Source of the DNA: Mytilus trossulus
Taxonomy: Eukaryota
Direction of reading: 5' to 3'
DNA length: 64,000 bases
NCBI RefSeq assembly: GCF_036588685.1
Contig: NC_086386.1
Span: forward strand, 1,302,001 to 1,366,000
The notes below the pieces were generated by a model. The model worked only from the letters and a program-made list of their open reading frames with translations. It made no database searches and was not told the DNA's origin. Position 1 is the first letter of the stretch; each line of letters begins with the position of its first letter. The position numbers were made by a program, and so were the translations under genes. This document shows, one piece after another, positions 63,456 to 64,000 of the stretch.

Positions 63456-64000
63456 ATGGCGAACGCAATGATTCAAGATGCTTTACAGAATCAACTGACT
63501 CAGGCAGCTCAGATGATGGAACAGCAGGTTGATGCTGAATTACATCGTCTTGACAACATGGATGAAGATGATTTTGAAAGTCTGCGTAGAAAACGAATGG
63601 AAGGGATGAAAAAGGCACAGAAGCAAAAACAGGATTGGATGACACAAGGTCATGGCAAATACACTGAAATTCTAGATGAAAAAGAATTCTTTGAAATGTG
63701 TAAAAAGAGTAAGCGTGTAGTTTGTCATTTTTACCGGGACAGTACATTTAGGTGTAAAATTGTTGACAAACATTTAGAAATCTTAGCCCATAAACATATG
63801 GAAACAAAATTTGCCAAGATCAATGCAGAGAAATGCCCGTTTCTGATAGAGAGATTGAGGATTGTTGTCCTTCCTACGATGTGTGTGGCTAAAGATGGAA
63901 AAACAACAGACTATATTGTGGGTTTTGATGAAATGGGAGGTAAAGATGACTTTCCAACAGAAATGTTAGAATGGCGTTTAGGACGTGCTGATGTTATCAA
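63456..64000 (+). CDS. TXNDC9: Thioredoxin domain-containing protein 9 (phosducin-like protein 3), truncated by the window end
   Basis: Open frame from the ATG at 63456: MANAMIQDALQNQL...WMTQGHGKYTEILDEKEFFEMCKKSKRVVCHFYRDSTFRCKIVDKHLEILAHKHMETKFAKINAEKCPFLIERLRIVVLPT...VGFDEMGGKDDFPTEMLEWRLG. An acceptor ends at 63452 and a probable 5'-UTR donor CAAG|GTATGT is at 62945. It is absent from the ORF track because no stop falls inside the window. Confidence 0.93.
   Translation, partial: MANAMIQDALQNQLTQAAQMMEQQVDAELHRLDNMDEDDFESLRRKRMEGMKKAQKQKQDWMTQGHGKYTEILDEKEFFEMCKKSKRVVCHFYRDSTFRCKIVDKHLEILAHKHMETKFAKINAEKCPFLIERLRIVVLPTMCVAKDGKTTDYIVGFDEMGGKDDFPTEMLEWRLGRADVI

Noticed and set aside
63439-63747. 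102-aa minus-strand ORF and the other short 60-120 aa ORFs in the track
   Set aside because: They are antisense shadows of real exons or TEs, or chance ORFs in AT-rich DNA, with no recognisable motifs.

Overview
AT-rich, intron-rich animal DNA. The dispersed-repeat content suggests a bivalve, Mytilus-like genome (inference). Five housekeeping or cell-cycle genes can be rebuilt by hand from GT-AG exons with consistent phases: IK/RED (minus, exons 1-7, runs off the left edge), HMMR/RHAMM (plus, 19 exons, about 1351 aa, head-to-head with IK), DCTD (plus, 5 exons, 201 aa), UBE2A/RAD6 (minus, with two alternative duplicated last exons) and TXNDC9/PhLP3 (plus, runs off the right edge). Introns and intergenic DNA carry 5'-truncated LINEs, SINE fragments, several MITE types and nested Helentron-like elements. 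The main observation is that at least 11 of roughly 68 splice junctions, in four genes and on both strands, seed a local tandem array. Each unit straddles the exon/intron boundary, so it repeats the splice site 2 to about 26 times. Every array extends only into the intron, and the authentic site is always the exon-proximal copy. Unit sequences (30-77 bp) are unrelated between loci, which points to a recurrent splice-junction-associated duplication process rather than a mobile satellite. All coordinates were read by eye and no database searches were run.
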